A stretch of DNA of 63,452 nt, filler included, from Rozella allomycis CSF55 (taxonomy: Eukaryota), in assembly GCA_000442015.1 (NCBI GenBank). It is 11 parts of 11 records of this genome, joined end to end, with 100 filler letters (N's around TTAATTAATTAA, not from the genome) between each part and the next. Parts side by side here need not be neighbours in the genome. Positions count along the whole stretch, not along the records: positions 45,827 to 53,660 come from KE560486.1; positions 53,761 to 54,839 come from KE560487.1; positions 54,940 to 62,236 come from KE560488.1; positions 62,337 to 63,452 come from KE560490.1; 7 more parts are not named here. The stretch is one strand, 5' to 3'. The notes beneath the pieces are model-generated. The model was not told the origin of the DNA and ran no database searches. It saw only the letters and a list, made by a program, of their open reading frames with translations. Positions 50,788-63,452 of this stretch are shown piece after piece. Numbering within the stretch: the stretch's first letter is position 1; the number at the start of each line of letters is the position of its first letter. The position numbers and the translations under genes are program-made.

Positions 50788-51717
50788 TTATTCATCTTTC
50801 ACAATAGTAGCAAAATATAACGGACCAAAACCCTCGCATTTATCTGGAAGCATCAACCATCCGAAATTGGTCTTTTCACCAAATGGCATGTTTGGGCGAA
50901 CTACTTTTACACTCTCCTTGTATTTTTTCAAAACGTATCCGACAACTTCATCATTTTCTCTTGGATTTAAAGAACACGTCGCGTAAACTAGTCTGCCACC
51001 AGGCCTTAACCATTCCAAAGCATTTAGCAATAACTGACGCTGCTTCTTTACAGTTTTACTACATGACTTCGCAATAGGCTCTCCTTTTTGAATTAAATGA
51101 CGATCACTGGAACAAGGAGCGTCAACCAAAATTTTATCAAAAGAGCCACCGATGAATGAATTTATGTTGGTGGCATCGTAGCGGGAAACTGTTACATTGA
51201 GGCCTTTTCCAATATATGACTTTGTAACATTATAAAGTCTTTTGTTTCTATCAGGAGATGGTTCATTACAAGTCAGAGATACAGTGGAGGCATCAGAATT
51301 CTTTTGCTTTCTCGCTAAGTAGACATGCTGAGCGATTGCAAGTGTTTTTCCTCCTGGGGCAGCACATACATCAAGTATAAAATCATCTTCGTCGGTTATA
51401 TTTAGAGCTTCGACCGGCAGTATTGATGCTGCATCTAACAAATAGTAGTTTAAAAGATTTGATTCCACATTTTTTTCTGGACTCGGAAAGGAAGTTTCTT
51501 TTCCCAAAAATGCAGGAATCTTAGTATGTTGAAATTTTTCTCCCAGAAAAGGATACAGTGGAGGATTTGCAAACAGGTTAATCATACAAACATGCCGGGT
51601 GGGCTGGGCCAAGGAATCTACGAGCGTGTTCCACCTGTCACCAAATAATTCCTTGTATGAAGCACATAATGATAACGGTGTAGGGTTTTTGTAAGAAGAA
51701 AGGTCTTGAACAGTCAT
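50788..51717 (-). CDS. NOL1/NOP2/Sun m5C RNA methyltransferase (NSUN3/4-like)
   Basis: YYLLDAASILPV, LDVCAAPGGKT, FDKILVDAPCSSDR, LVYATCSL, FGPLYFA. Confidence 0.9.
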   Translation of the reverse strand: MTVQDLSSYKNPTPLSLCASYKELFGDRWNTLVDSLAQPTRHVCMINLFANPPLYPFLGEKFQHTKIPAFLGKETSFPSPEKNVESNLLNYYLLDAASILPVEALNITDEDDFILDVCAAPGGKTLAIAQHVYLARKQKNSDASTVSLTCNEPSPDRNKRLYNVTKSYIGKGLNVTVSRYDATNINSFIGGSFDKILVDAPCSSDRHLIQKGEPIAKSCSKTVKKQRQLLLNALEWLRPGGRLVYATCSLNPRENDEVVGYVLKKYKESVKVVRPNMPFGEKTNFGWLMLPDKCEGFGPLYFATIVKDE

Positions 51718-51738
51718 TTGCTAAGCCGCTTAAAAGAT

Positions 51739-53439
51739 TTAACTAAAATTTATTTCATCTGTGCCTTTTTCTTGCGGATTCATCATCTTTGCTGTTTTAC
51801 TGCCAAATTGAATAGCTCTTTTCTTAAAATGGCTCGTTTCTCCTAGTCTTAATTTGTCAAAGGCGATTTTGCGTAACAAAATTTTCTCTCCTAGACCTTC
51901 CACCAAAGTGGGGTCGCATTTTAGTCTAACTGGTAGTTGACGCCAATAGTCAATTAAGTTTTCATCAAGGAAAGGATATCGTACCTCCCTCCCGTGATCA
52001 GATATTATTCTATCATCCCTCCCTAAAAACATCCCGTAGTTTACTTACCTAGATTTCGATCATTTAAACGAGACAAATCGCGTTGCATTTCGTCCACTAG
52101 CCCTTTCCATGAGTGTAGGTTGAATTGAACTCTGTGCCTACCATAACCACCAAGCAATTCGTCAGCACCCAATCCAGAAAATAGGACTTTTGACTTGAGT
52201 TTGTAATCATAAAATGTATTATCATCTGATTTGACAACTCCGTGTCCCCTGGAAGCGAACCAAAAGGGTAGGGAAATGCTCATGTCCATTACTGTTGAAC
52301 ATGGTTTCATAAGAGACAAAACTCTTCTTTTATGTTTTTCGGTGTCTTCAAATGGAACATTAACGTTCACAAACACAAAGTTTCTTGTTGGATTATTCTT
52401 TCTATTGTTCTTTTGTATGTTTTTGGTTACTTTAAAGTCAGGTAAGATTCGATTCCACTTTGACGATCAGGGACATTAAATATGTCGTTGGAACCATTTT
52501 TTATATTTTTAAGGTAACGAGGATTTTCAAATGCCACATTTAACAATTCAATAGTTACATTTAATGGCGCAATATCATTGGCTAACTGCGCAATAACCGA
52601 ACAATCTAAACCACCTGAAAATAAAATAGCAACTGATGCATCATCCGATCTTTCAAAATTAAAATAAATGAATACTTTATGTTGGGTATGTTAAGAATCC
52701 GTTTCTTCATCGACTCTGTAAGTAATAATAGGGTTTCGTTAACGGTCGTTTCCCATAGTAGCTCTGAAGGCGTATCCATTAAAACTTCTTTATTAAGAAC
52801 CAATTCTTTCGGGTAAGCAACGAAATTCTTTGAAATATCATTTGACAACGAAATAGAGTGGATCCCTGTTGATGGAAGTTCCTTAAAGTCTCGAATACCA
52901 TTTCCAACTGACGATATAATTATCTCTTCGCTATAATGTTTTTCATTAATGAGGAGACTACGCCTTCCTAGAAAATCCCTTCCAAAATACAACATTTTCT
53001 CTAGTTTCTAGCAATAATATTTTGTTAGGCATTTACGTCAAGAAGAATAAATGCGTAGGGTCCCTGAATATTGGAAAACATATCCATTAAGTGATTCAAA
53101 TCAAAAATTTTATCATCAAACTTCTGAATAAACTCAAAAACCGCCTTTGTATCACCTTTGCGTTCATCAACATCTAGACCACCAAATACTTCCCCATTCC
53201 AAAGGAAAACAAATCTTTCATTTTCTAGTGGCTGTGAAACAGTTGAATCTCCGCGCAAATGAAGCACCGCTCCGGTTATTGCCAAGTAAAAATTATCGAT
53301 CTTGACTTTAACAGTTTTTATCGATGAAGGACCTATATAACTTTTGAAAAAGTTATTTACCTCTTTTACCTAATCTGTCAATAATCTCTTCATCGTCCAA
53401 AAAATTTACTTTTGACACGAAGACGCTTATTCCGCACAT
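51739..53439 (-). CDS. ASNSD1: Asparagine synthetase domain-containing protein
   Basis: MCGI start, VLHLRG, LWNGEVF, FGRDFLGRRSL, SGLGADELLGGYGRH, NLGRDDR, KRAIQFGS. Confidence 0.92.
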
Positions 53440-53508
53440 GCTGCGCCACCAGGCATTCGTAAATATCCTTTAAAGAATAATGAATAGTTATAGACATAAT
53501 TCCTCCTT

Positions 53509-53660
53509 GGTGACTTTGACGATGTGGATCCTCATCCTTAATAAATATGATTATTGAATTAATTGTATATATATTTTAAAAATATGATTATTGAATTAAT
53601 TGTATATATATTTTAAAAAAATATTTATTAAGGATGAGGATCCACATCGTCAAAGTCACC
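53509..53660. repeat. 152-bp foldback: perfect 40-bp TIRs enclosing two ~37-bp direct repeats
   Basis: 53509-53548 is the exact reverse complement of 53621-53660. Confidence 0.9.
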
Positions 53661-53760
53661 NNNNNNNNNNNNNNNNNNNNNNNNNNNNNNNNNNNNNNNN
53701 NNNNTTAATTAATTAANNNNNNNNNNNNNNNNNNNNNNNNNNNNNNNNNNNNNNNNNNNN

Positions 53761-54803
53761 TGAGGTAGAAGAAGAAGATAGTGAGAGTGAGGGTGATATT
53801 GAAGATAGTAACAATGAAGTGAATGAAGTAGAAGGAGAATCAATGGTAGCCAATGAAGACAATGATCAAGACATTGAAGATGAAGATTTATCAGACTCTG
53901 AAATGTTTCAATTTGATCAACAATTGGCAAACATTTTCTCTGAAAAGAAAAGACTCAAGAAAGAATCAAAAGAAGTTTTAAAACAATCTACTCATTTTAA
54001 ATTTAGAATTTTAGATTTTATTTCAATTTTAATTAAAAAATCTCATCCGTTAGTCCCAAATTTCATTCTTCCTTTAATGAACCTTTTGAGAAAATTCCTA
54101 AATAGCAAAAATGATGAAATTCATAATTTAGCCTTGAAAATTAAATTTATCCTTGAAAATCATTTATTCAAACTAAAATTTGATAATTTAGATTCAAATA
54201 GTCTCACAGACTTTACTCAATCATCTCTATTGAAACCCAAAGTTCATGATTCATCTCTCTACACAACTTGCTTACATTCTCTTCTAGTTTTCATCTTTAA
54301 AAATTCAAATGATAAATCTTCAATCTTGGATTTCATTAAATCAGCCCTCGATGATTTTATGAATAACAAAAATTCAAATATTTCTCCTTGTCTATTCCAC
54401 ACTTTTATTGAACGATTTCCTTCAAATCTTCAAATTCTCATTCCCGATGTCTTAAAGTTCTCTTCACTAGACTCTAACAGAAAACACTTTAAAACAATCA
54501 AAGCTTGGAATTTCCTCACTTGTTAATTAAATCATCTGTAAACTTTTCTTTCTTCTTTCATCTTAGGAATCCAGCGACTCTTTAAACAATCAAATTTCAT
54601 CTCTCGTTTCTCAAACCTTAAATTTATTGCAACTCTCTGAAAATTCTAAACTTTTAAAAGAATTCATCAAAATTCTGCCATTCTTTATTAAAAAGTTTAA
54701 AATCTCTTCTCTAAATGATTCTTTAAAATCTATCGCTGATTCAAATCAATCAAACCCATCAATTATTTCGTTTTGTTCTCAGTTTTATGATGGCCCAAAG
54801 TAA
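53761..54803 (+). CDS. POL5: Pol5/MYBBP1A C-terminal part
   Basis: Acidic tract followed by LSDSEMFQFDQQLANIF...HFKFRILD. Confidence 0.8.
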
Positions 54804-54939
54804 ACTTATTTTAAATGTTTTATATAGTCCAATCATTGTNNNNNNNNNNNNNNNNNNNNNNNNNNNNNNNNNNNNNNNNNNNNTTAATTAATTAANNNNN
54901 NNNNNNNNNNNNNNNNNNNNNNNNNNNNNNNNNNNNNNN

Positions 54940-55849
54940 TCAACACTTTCTCAAATGGTGCAACTTGTTCAAAAGAAATTAAGAAATAAATTATATATCA
55001 CAATTGAGCAAATTGAAAACGCCTTGAAGCCTTTAAAATGTGATTTAGAGTTTACACCGAACGACTGGTCGGTTGCAAGAAGCAGAGTCTTGTTTTTATT
55101 AGAGAAGGAATTAAAACAGACTGAATTAATATTAGAGGAAATTCATTCAAGATATGACAAAAGAACACTGCTGAACGCTGTGGAATACCTGAAGAAACAA
55201 AGGTTAGGTAAATTGAAGAAAGACGATTACATGGATCCTTCACTTATTAAAAAGGGAAATGAAGCAGCTATCCTTAACAAGAAAATCAATATTTTAAAAT
55301 ACCGNCGAATTGAAGAAAGACGATTACATGGATCCTTCACTTATTAAGAAAGGAAATGAAGCCGCTATCCTTAACAAGAAAATCAATATTATAAAATACC
55401 GCCTGGATAAATTAAGGGAATCAAATTGTGAAGTTCCATTTTCCGTTTATGAAGATTCTCAACGTAGATCATTCTTTTCCAAATTTATGCCAAAAAAGAA
55501 ACAAACCAGTGTTTACGACTCTGATAAAATAAATGATCACGAGTCAGTCTTATTAATTCAAAAAGATCTTTGCCAATCGCTGTGTCCAGAAATATACATG
55601 TATTTGGTCTTGGAAAAGGCATTATCTTTAACTTCCATGTTTGTTTATTCAGAAATAGTCGAAGAATGTCTGGACCCTATTCCATCAGTCGATGAATACC
55701 GGCTTTACAATATGGACCCTGAATTTGCAAAAGAATTTGCCAAGCAAAATCCTCATATCGCCTCTCAATTAAAGTTGCAAGAAAGAAAAGCTATTTTGGA
55801 AAAGGCTAGGTTTAAATTGAGTAGTCTGTTAAACAGGGACAACAATTAA
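54940..55849 (+). CDS. Hypothetical protein, C-terminal part (duplicated piece at N55305)
   Basis: Continuous ORF after de-duplication; no family recognised. Confidence 0.55.
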
Positions 55850-55989
55850 CAAATAATTATCTCAATAAATATGTACTTCTGTTCCAATTCATTATGCGAT
55901 TCTAGACTTTGAATCTGGAACATTTTAATGAAAAAATAATTTACCCTGAATCTCTGACCCTGGTAACCTAAATTCCCCGTCGCACACCA

Positions 55990-56898
55990 ATGACAATAAC
56001 AGTTGAAAGTGTATATGCACTATGCGGTGGCATGTTCATATGTGGAAGCTGCGTCTTATCCTCTCTCGACTTTCTCCTCAAGTACCGGTTCACATTGAAT
56101 ATATTCGACCCGAAATCTCGTCAAACATGTATTCTATTTCTCACCTTCATCGGCTCCATATCTTTGGCATTATACTATGGATTCACACAATCAACCAAAC
56201 TCTCATACGTTTCAAATGTCACACTATTCATTGGCGCTGCAAGTATCCAGATTGGCCTTTCAATGATCAATCACAACAGCATCGACAAGGCATGCATCGA
56301 GTGGCCTGAATTTAGCAAAAAGTTTAACGCGTTCAAGAACAATGTTATTCTTGTCATCTACTGCGTCCCATTGTTTATTCTGATACCAGTAATTATCGGC
56401 TATTTGGAAGCATCCGGCCAAGGCGTATTCTTACGATTCACGCCAGCCTATGTAGACAACTACAAGCCCGCCGTTCTGTGCTACGTAGTTGTTACCAATG
56501 CACTCGCGGCGATTATGGATACGATAGTGTTGCAGCGGTACATGGCACTGAAAGCGAAACCGTTTGGATGGGTGCCGGAAAACCCAAAGATTGCTAACAT
56601 TGACCGCTGCTATATGTATGGAGTGTATGTGAAGATTTTAATTTTGTTTGTGGTGGATATAGCGTTGATCATAGTTGCCGCCGAGAGTCTGCCGTCGTTT
56701 GATAGCTCTGTAACGGTGGAATTGATTAGATTACGGGCTGTTGCAAATTTGGAGTTTGGATTGGGGTTTGATAGGCAGTCGGCTAAAAAGCATAGGGATA
56801 TAAAAGCGCATAGGCAGAATGAATTGAATGATAAGCAAATGAATGATGCTGATGTAGCACCTAGAGAAATGAAAACTGCAGCCTTGTACAATGATTGA
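55990..56898 (+). CDS. Intronless multi-pass (6-7 TM) membrane protein
   Basis: 302-aa ORF with evenly spaced hydrophobic segments. Confidence 0.7.
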   Translation: MTITVESVYALCGGMFICGSCVLSSLDFLLKYRFTLNIFDPKSRQTCILFLTFIGSISLALYYGFTQSTKLSYVSNVTLFIGAASIQIGLSMINHNSIDKACIEWPEFSKKFNAFKNNVILVIYCVPLFILIPVIIGYLEASGQGVFLRFTPAYVDNYKPAVLCYVVVTNALAAIMDTIVLQRYMALKAKPFGWVPENPKIANIDRCYMYGVYVKILILFVVDIALIIVAAESLPSFDSSVTVELIRLRAVANLEFGLGFDRQSAKKHRDIKAHRQNELNDKQMNDADVAPREMKTAALYND

Positions 56899-57093
56899 GA
56901 GAAGAGTTTAAATATTTAATGCTTAATAAATAGAAATAATTCTTTTGTTGCTAAATAAATATTAATTTAACTGGACTCATCTGAATAACTTATTTAGATT
57001 TGCATGTTTTGATTGCATGATTGCATTGTTTACATCGCTTTTGATTGCTCATCTTTTCGTGATAATTAAGGTTTCCCTTCACTCAGCCACAAA

Positions 57094-60000
57094 ATGACGA
57101 TGAGCATTTCCACTATTTTAGACAAGGTAAAATCACATTTAACATGGAATGAGATTACTTCTGTGGACAAGGATTACCGATACATGGCCCTTGTTGATAT
57201 AAAGTCGTTTCTTACTCAAAAGAACTTGATGAACAATAGACAGTGTGACGCTGTTGTAAAGGCAATCTTGGATTGTCTCAAAGATGACAATCACGAAGTG
57301 CAAAACATGTCTATTCAGTGGTATATGATTTAATTTGATGGGATATAGTCTTGGAGCGTTGGTGGAGTATGAAAAGCAGAGGATGGGCGAAGTATTTAGA
57401 TTTTTGGGTGAGATGGTTAATGACAAGGAAGATGAGAGGAGGGAGATTGCTGTGATGGGTAGTTGGTTGAATGTTGTGTGATGTAGGAATCAAGACGTTG
57501 GTTGGAGAGGTGCAAGGAAAGAATGTTGAGAGTTTGCTGAAGCTGTTGATTCCATTTCTTGTAAAGCAGCTGGTAAATTGATTGATATTAAGTGATAGCA
57601 AATTGATGAGGAGGGTAAAATTGTAGAAGCGTTGGAATTGATGATTAACGTTTCAGCCAGATATTCACTTTATCAGTATGAAATGGAGCTTGTTGATGTT
57701 TTGAAAAAGTTGATTATGTATCCTAGAGTATTAATAAGAAAGAAGAGTATAGCGGTTTGTGGGAATGTTATGGGGAATGCAAGTTTGAAGTTTTTTGATG
57801 AGATTGTTAAATATGTAGCAAAAGATTTGGATAGTTCAAGTAATTTGGAATATAAAACGACTGATATGATTTTACTTTCTGGCATGTGGTAAGGATGATA
57901 ATGTTTAGTAAGGCTAGTCGATCTAATGCAGAGTGTATGAAGAATTATTCGCAAACTTTGGTGAAGAAGACATTAGATTTTGTAAAGAATGTTAAAGAAG
58001 ATGAAGAATTTTTAGAAAGCTGTTTAAATTTTGTTGAAAGTGTTTCTAGTTCAAATTTTAGTTCAATTTCATGTTTTTCGAATGAAATTTTTAGTTTAAT
58101 TGAAGAATTTATAAAATTTGATCCAAATTATTTTGAAGAAGATTTGATGGAGGAAGATTATGAAGAGGAAGAAGAAGAAGAGGAATACACAGACGATGAA
58201 GATTTAAGTTGGAAGGTTAGAAAGGCTGCTTTAAGATTAACTGCAACATTTTCTTCAATCAACAAAGATTTGAATTCTTTATTGTTTAATATTTTAATTG
58301 TGAGATTGAATGAAAGAAATGAAAATATTTTAACTAACGTAATTCAAGCATTGTTGATTGTGATTGGAAATGAAAGTTTAGATTTGAATCAAAATCAAGT
58401 TGATAGTTTTAAGAAATTTTATTTAAATGCAATCAAAAAGTCTAAAACTGTGAAAGGAAAACTTTTGAATCTTCATGAAGCATTTATAGCAAAATCTGGA
58501 GATTGTTTTCTTGATTATTTAATTCCATTAATGAAAAATAAAAATTTAAGAATTGATGCGTTTAAAATTATTCTCCAAGCTGGCAAAATGAATTTAGAAA
58601 TTTCATTTGAAATTCAAGAATCTTTGATAGAAAAAGATTGTGAAGAAATTTGTTTTGAAATTTTAATAATTTTAATTGAAAATAACAAAATTCATTCAAA
58701 TTTAATAAATAATTTATTTCAAATATGTTTGGAAAATCTAAACATGAAAACTGAAGGAATAAATTCAATCTTGAAAATTTTATCATTAATCTTTGTTAAA
58801 ACAAATGAATTTGATAAAGAAATTCCAAAGGTTTCTAATTTTCTTATTGAACAACTCAAAAGATCTCCAAAGGCAGCGATGATTGACATTTTCACTCAAA
58901 TGTTTAATGAAAGAAGCAATTTGGAGTTTAAAGATGAACTCTTCAATGTTCTTATTAACCTTCTAGGCAGAGTAGAAAAAGATATTAGAGTTGCAAGCTT
59001 ACATTGTCTAATTTGCATTGTTGAGAAATTTAATGTTGATTACATTCAAATATTAAATTCTATTGAAAATATTTTAAGAATTGAATCTCAAGATTTGAAT
59101 TTAATGGCAAATCTTTCTTCAATTTGTTTTCAGAAAAATCCAAATTTAATTTACGAAAAAGAAGAATTGATAAACTTATTGAAAGAAAATACAAATCTAT
59201 TAAATTTAATTAGTGGAATAGCAAATTTATCATTCCTTGAAAAGTTATTTTATAATATATTTTCAATTGATGACTTGGATAAAGTTGGGAAACTTGCATG
59301 TTCACTTTGTTTAAACAATTCACAACTTTATGAAGCAGTTTTAACTAGAATGATTGAAATTTTAAACTCTCAAACTGAAACTGAAATGAATAAGAAGAAA
59401 TCATTAGTCTTAATTGGTGAACTTGGAAAGAATTTTAATATTTTTGATAAAACATTTCAAATGGTTTCTGAATGCACTAATGAAGAATGTTTGAGAAGTG
59501 TAGCTTCTAATACGCTTGGATTTATTTCTTCTTTTAATGTTGAATCAAATCTTCCCCTTCTACTTGAATTCATAAAAACATCTAATTTTAAATCTTCTCT
59601 ATTCAAATCATTAATTAATTTGATTTCTATTAAAAAAGATGAAATTTTATCAACAGAGCCAATTTTAAATCTTCTAATGAATGAAATTGAATCTGATAAT
59701 GAACCAAACAGAGAAGCTGCCGCAGAAGTTTTAAGTCAATTCTATTTAATTGATCACAACGCCTTTTATTCTTTAATTAGTCATTTATTATCTCAATCTG
59801 AAAATCACAAACTTTCTGCTTTAATTGCACTAAGAACAGCTGCACCCCTCTTGGATTCAATTGAACAACCAATGAAAATGTTAATCCCAATAATTGGGGA
59901 TCCTATCGCTGTAATTAAAATATTATTATTCTCATCTAGAATGTAAACAAAAACGCTCTTTCAACTCTAAAATCTTTCATTCATTGGAAACCTAGCCAAA

Positions 60001-60587
60001 TTGGCCCCTTTGCTGATTCATTAGCTTCTAAATTATTTGACGAAACAAAAATCAAAGTAACAAACGTTTTATTCAGAAAATATTAGCAAGATTTGATAAA
60101 AGAAATTCAAATGGGCCCCTTCAAACACAACGTTGACCAGGGTCTCGATTCTCGCAAACTTACATTCGAATGTCTCTATTCTCTAAACAATCTTTCATTA
60201 ATCAACACCTCAGATTTTATAAACACGCTAATCGATGGTTTAAATGATGACAACAACATCAAGCTGTACGTTCTATTTGCTATTTCTAAGCTATCCGCAT
60301 CACACCAATCAGCCATCATCTCCAAACTAGAAAAGTTTATAAATCCACTCAAAGATATTCTAAATGTAAAGTTAAAGGACAATTCTGTTAAACAAGAACA
60401 AGAAACTCATTTGAATCTTGTGAAAGCTACCATTAAATGTGCTGTTCATCTTGAACAGTGCGTGAAAAACTCAAAGTCGCTTGGAATCGCACGTGAGTTT
60501 GACATCTTTTACCAAGATGAAATTGTTGGTGGGAAATACAAGGCGGAATATATTAAGCAATTGGAAAACATTATGCATAATCAATAA
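57094..60587 (+). CDS. CAND1: Cullin-associated NEDD8-dissociated protein 1
   Basis: DKDYRYMALVD, D.NHEVQNM, FDPNY...DDEDLSWKVRKAA, ERNENI, IKEIQMGPFKHNVDQGLDSRKLTFECLY. Confidence 0.93.
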
Positions 60588-60791
60588 AACAATATTTAAT
60601 CTTTCACATTAATTCTATTTCAAAAATTTATATTGATCAATCAAAAAAGTGTTGTCACCTTGTTGTGAAACTCTACTATTTTCAATTACCGTGGAAGACA
60701 TATTGTAGACTCAGACTAGTCACACATTGACAGCAAATTATGATTTTGAGCCTGGTACTTTTGCGTATCCAAGCGGTAAGTTTCTAAAAGT

Positions 60792-61697
60792 ATGACAGAT
60801 TCACAAACACCAGGCCAAATATTCTTCATGAGCGGGGCAGGATTCGCATTCACTTTGTTTAATGTGATCCTTATAATAATTAGAGTCATCATCGACGTGA
60901 AACTCAAATCAAAGTCAAACCGACATTGGATATCGGCTACCTTTGCCATTACAATACCAGTATACAGTGTCACCCACATATGCGCCATTTTCAACCCGGA
61001 GCTTTTGACAACTAGCCATGCGGTATATCTATTATACGGTCTGACATCAATTACTGCAGCTATCATGTTTGTGTTCTTGGCCACACTGAAATATTATGCG
61101 ATTATTGCAAATCCAATTAAAAGGAAGATGGTGGAAAGAGCCTGCGTCGTGTTTAACCTAGTGTCAATGGTTATTTTGCAGATATGGGCTATCATCGTAA
61201 TCGTACCACAAAGTGTTTTACCGCCAAAATATTCATCGGCCCTGAATGTAAATGTAGTGCTGATTTTGATTCAAGTTTTACAGGTATTTGGTTTGGGCCC
61301 CATTTTCTTTGTCTTGAAGCTACGAAACCAAATAAAACAATTTGAAAGTAAAAGGCAAAATATCAAGGATTTGCTGGATGTTGTAAATAGCATGAATATT
61401 GGATTCTTTATTGTTGGGGCATATGGAATTTGGTCTTCGGCAACTTTTACTGGGACAATCTACTTTGCTCCTAATGTGGTTATGACTCTCAATTTGATGA
61501 TATTAGTCGAGAATATTGGAGACTTTATGCTCAAATACAACGTTAACAAATCAAAATTTCAAACCAAAAGACGGACAAGAGCACCTTGCAAAGCACGGCG
61601 AAATAAAGAAACAATTACTCTCTTAATAAACCCTCTTATTCCTAAGTGCCTCCTAAGTAGCACATTAACTTTTGGCAAAGATGCCGAATTCTGGTAG
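60792..61697 (+). CDS. Multi-pass (about 7 TM) membrane protein
   Basis: 301-aa ORF with about seven hydrophobic segments. Confidence 0.7.
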   Translation: MTDSQTPGQIFFMSGAGFAFTLFNVILIIIRVIIDVKLKSKSNRHWISATFAITIPVYSVTHICAIFNPELLTTSHAVYLLYGLTSITAAIMFVFLATLKYYAIIANPIKRKMVERACVVFNLVSMVILQIWAIIVIVPQSVLPPKYSSALNVNVVLILIQVLQVFGLGPIFFVLKLRNQIKQFESKRQNIKDLLDVVNSMNIGFFIVGAYGIWSSATFTGTIYFAPNVVMTLNLMILVENIGDFMLKYNVNKSKFQTKRRTRAPCKARRNKETITLLINPLIPKCLLSSTLTFGKDAEFW

Positions 61698-61774
61698 TTT
61701 TTTAGATGCAGCCATTTGAAAATGACGGCATCTTTCATTAATTCTGTGGGATATCATTTTTCTCTAACCTTTTA

Positions 61775-62075
61775 GAAACTCATTTGAACCTATAAGACTA
61801 TTCATATTGAAAAGTGCGTGAAATGTTTCTCTGGAAATCGGTTTACCAAGCAAGATGAAATTGTAAATGTGAAACATAAGGCGGTATACAATCAGCAATT
61901 GAAAATTATGCGTAATCAATAAAAATATTTTAATCTATGATATTAATTCTATTTTTGTATTCGTAGTTCCTCTTCATTATGCCACTGTTAAAAATGCAAA
62001 CGGGAAATAACTCGCATTTACCTTGTTTAATACAAATCATCACAAGAGTCATAATCGACGTAAAATTCAAATTTT
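61775..62075 (+). pseudogene. Decayed duplicate of the CAND1 3' end and the start of the TM gene
   Basis: Similar to 60401-60620 and 60850-60910. Confidence 0.7.
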
Positions 62076-62336
62076 TAAAAGAAAAACGTATGTTTATGAC
62101 CAATTAATTTCCGAAGTCTGTAACAGATCAACAATCGCATGGCCTCTTTAACCAGGGTGTTAGTGTAATCTAATAGATTTCGGTAACATTCAACTACATT
62201 AACAAGTCTCGCAGTGCTCGTTAAATCGGACGGGGANNNNNNNNNNNNNNNNNNNNNNNNNNNNNNNNNNNNNNNNNNNNTTAATTAATTAANNNNNNNN
62301 NNNNNNNNNNNNNNNNNNNNNNNNNNNNNNNNNNNN

Positions 62337-63412
62337 GGAGAACGCACAAATGGAGCTTCGACATTATCGATCATCGATGATTAAAGAGAGTATAAGGATA
62401 GGACAAATGCAAGTGGCAGAAGTTTTCCACAAGTATGGGCAATACGAGGAAGCACTAAAATCCTATTCTGCTGTTAGAGAAGTCTGCACTACCAGTCATC
62501 ATGTTTATGATTTGACATTAAAGTTGCTTGACGTAATCAATCATTTCTATTTTAAAAGGTTTATTTAAATCTTTCAAACTTTTCTGGTATTCCTATTTTG
62601 ATTTCGAGAGCGAAATCTAGCGCGTCAAGGTTGAGTGAACAGGAATTGGGAATTTTTGATATTTACTTAGCTTTGAGTTATTTTGGGCTTGGCGATTTTA
62701 AGAATGCCGCGAATGTTCTACTTTCATTGAAACTCTCAACCTTTGAGACTAATGGCAATTCAGTAATGCAACAGTTCTTTGTTAAGAGGAGATGTTACCA
62801 TTAATTCCATGTGATGTTGCGATACTAGGAACACTTAGCGCTCTTGCATCATTTAGTAGGGAGGATGTGTTCCAAAGAACGATCCAGAACAGTGAGTTTC
62901 AGAAATTCTTAGAAACGCAAAATGAGATGAAAGATTTGATAGAAATGTACAAATACGCTAAATTAAATGCATTTTTTGACTTTTTAAATGGGAAATTGGT
63001 AAAATATTTTACGATGTTTCATCAGTTTAATGTCTACAAGTTTGATGTATTCATGAATCCTCAATTGTCAAACATTNTTCATGAATCCTCAATTGTCAAA
63101 CATTTATTCAACGATTAAAGAAAATGTTATTTTGGAATTCATTAAAATATTTGATTGTGTTTCAATAGAGTATTTAGCGAAATCATTTATGTCTGAAAAG
63201 AATGAACTTTTGGAAAGATTGGTTTATTTGATCAACGAGCACAACTTGCCAATTATGATTGACGAAAAAGAAATGGTAAAGAAACATAGTCTCTTAAAGT
63301 TTAGAAGGTTTTGTTTGATGAGAAAGCATCAAAGAAAAAGGTAGATATTGTTTGCAATGAAATGGATTCGAAATTGACTTCATTGGAGCAATTTTACAAA
63401 TCAAATCAAATA
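62337..63412 (+). CDS. CSN1: COP9 signalosome subunit 1 (PCI domain), partial
   Basis: ELRHYRSSMIKESIRIGQ, ALKSYSAVREVCTT, DVAILGTLSALASFSR, F.KFLE. Confidence 0.85.
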
Positions 63413-63452
63413 AAGAATATTTAATTTGTATTTAAACAAAATGAGAATTAAT

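Noticed and set aside
57094-63412. CAND1 next to CSN1 as a cullin-regulation cluster
   Set aside because: The two genes are separated by an artificial linker, so linkage is unproven and chance adjacency is plausible.

Overview
AT-rich eukaryotic draft sequence with very short GT-AG introns (~26-31 nt), consistent with an early-diverging fungus such as Rozella (inference). Eleven segments are joined by artificial 100-bp N44-TTAATTAATTAA-N44 linkers, and many single-N joins create overlapping duplicate fragments. Housekeeping genes include MCM9, DCTN2, ThrE/PRM10, VPS18, TOM40, Aladin, NHA1, LTV1, an MTC6-like gene, COA4, a DYRK kinase, GCN2, an M28 aminopeptidase, CutA, an NSUN methyltransferase, ASNSD1, POL5, CAND1 and CSN1. 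There is also a cluster of signal-peptide + F-box + LRR genes, CRN-like/AAA genes and a nest of Ty1/copia and Ty3/gypsy remnants. The main result is a Mutator (MULE) DNA transposon, roughly 6.5 kb after removing duplicated pieces (19162-27763; second partial copy 32228-34782). It has GGCTAAA terminal inverted repeats with GC hairpins and a 9-bp target-site duplication (GAAAATCCT). It carries four alternately oriented genes: a multi-intron JmjC dioxygenase, a MULE-SWIM transposase, a PrimPol-type AEP primase-polymerase and a parvovirus NS1/Rep-like SF3 helicase. This is a candidate self-synthesizing Mutator. All family calls come from motif recognition by eye, with no database searches.
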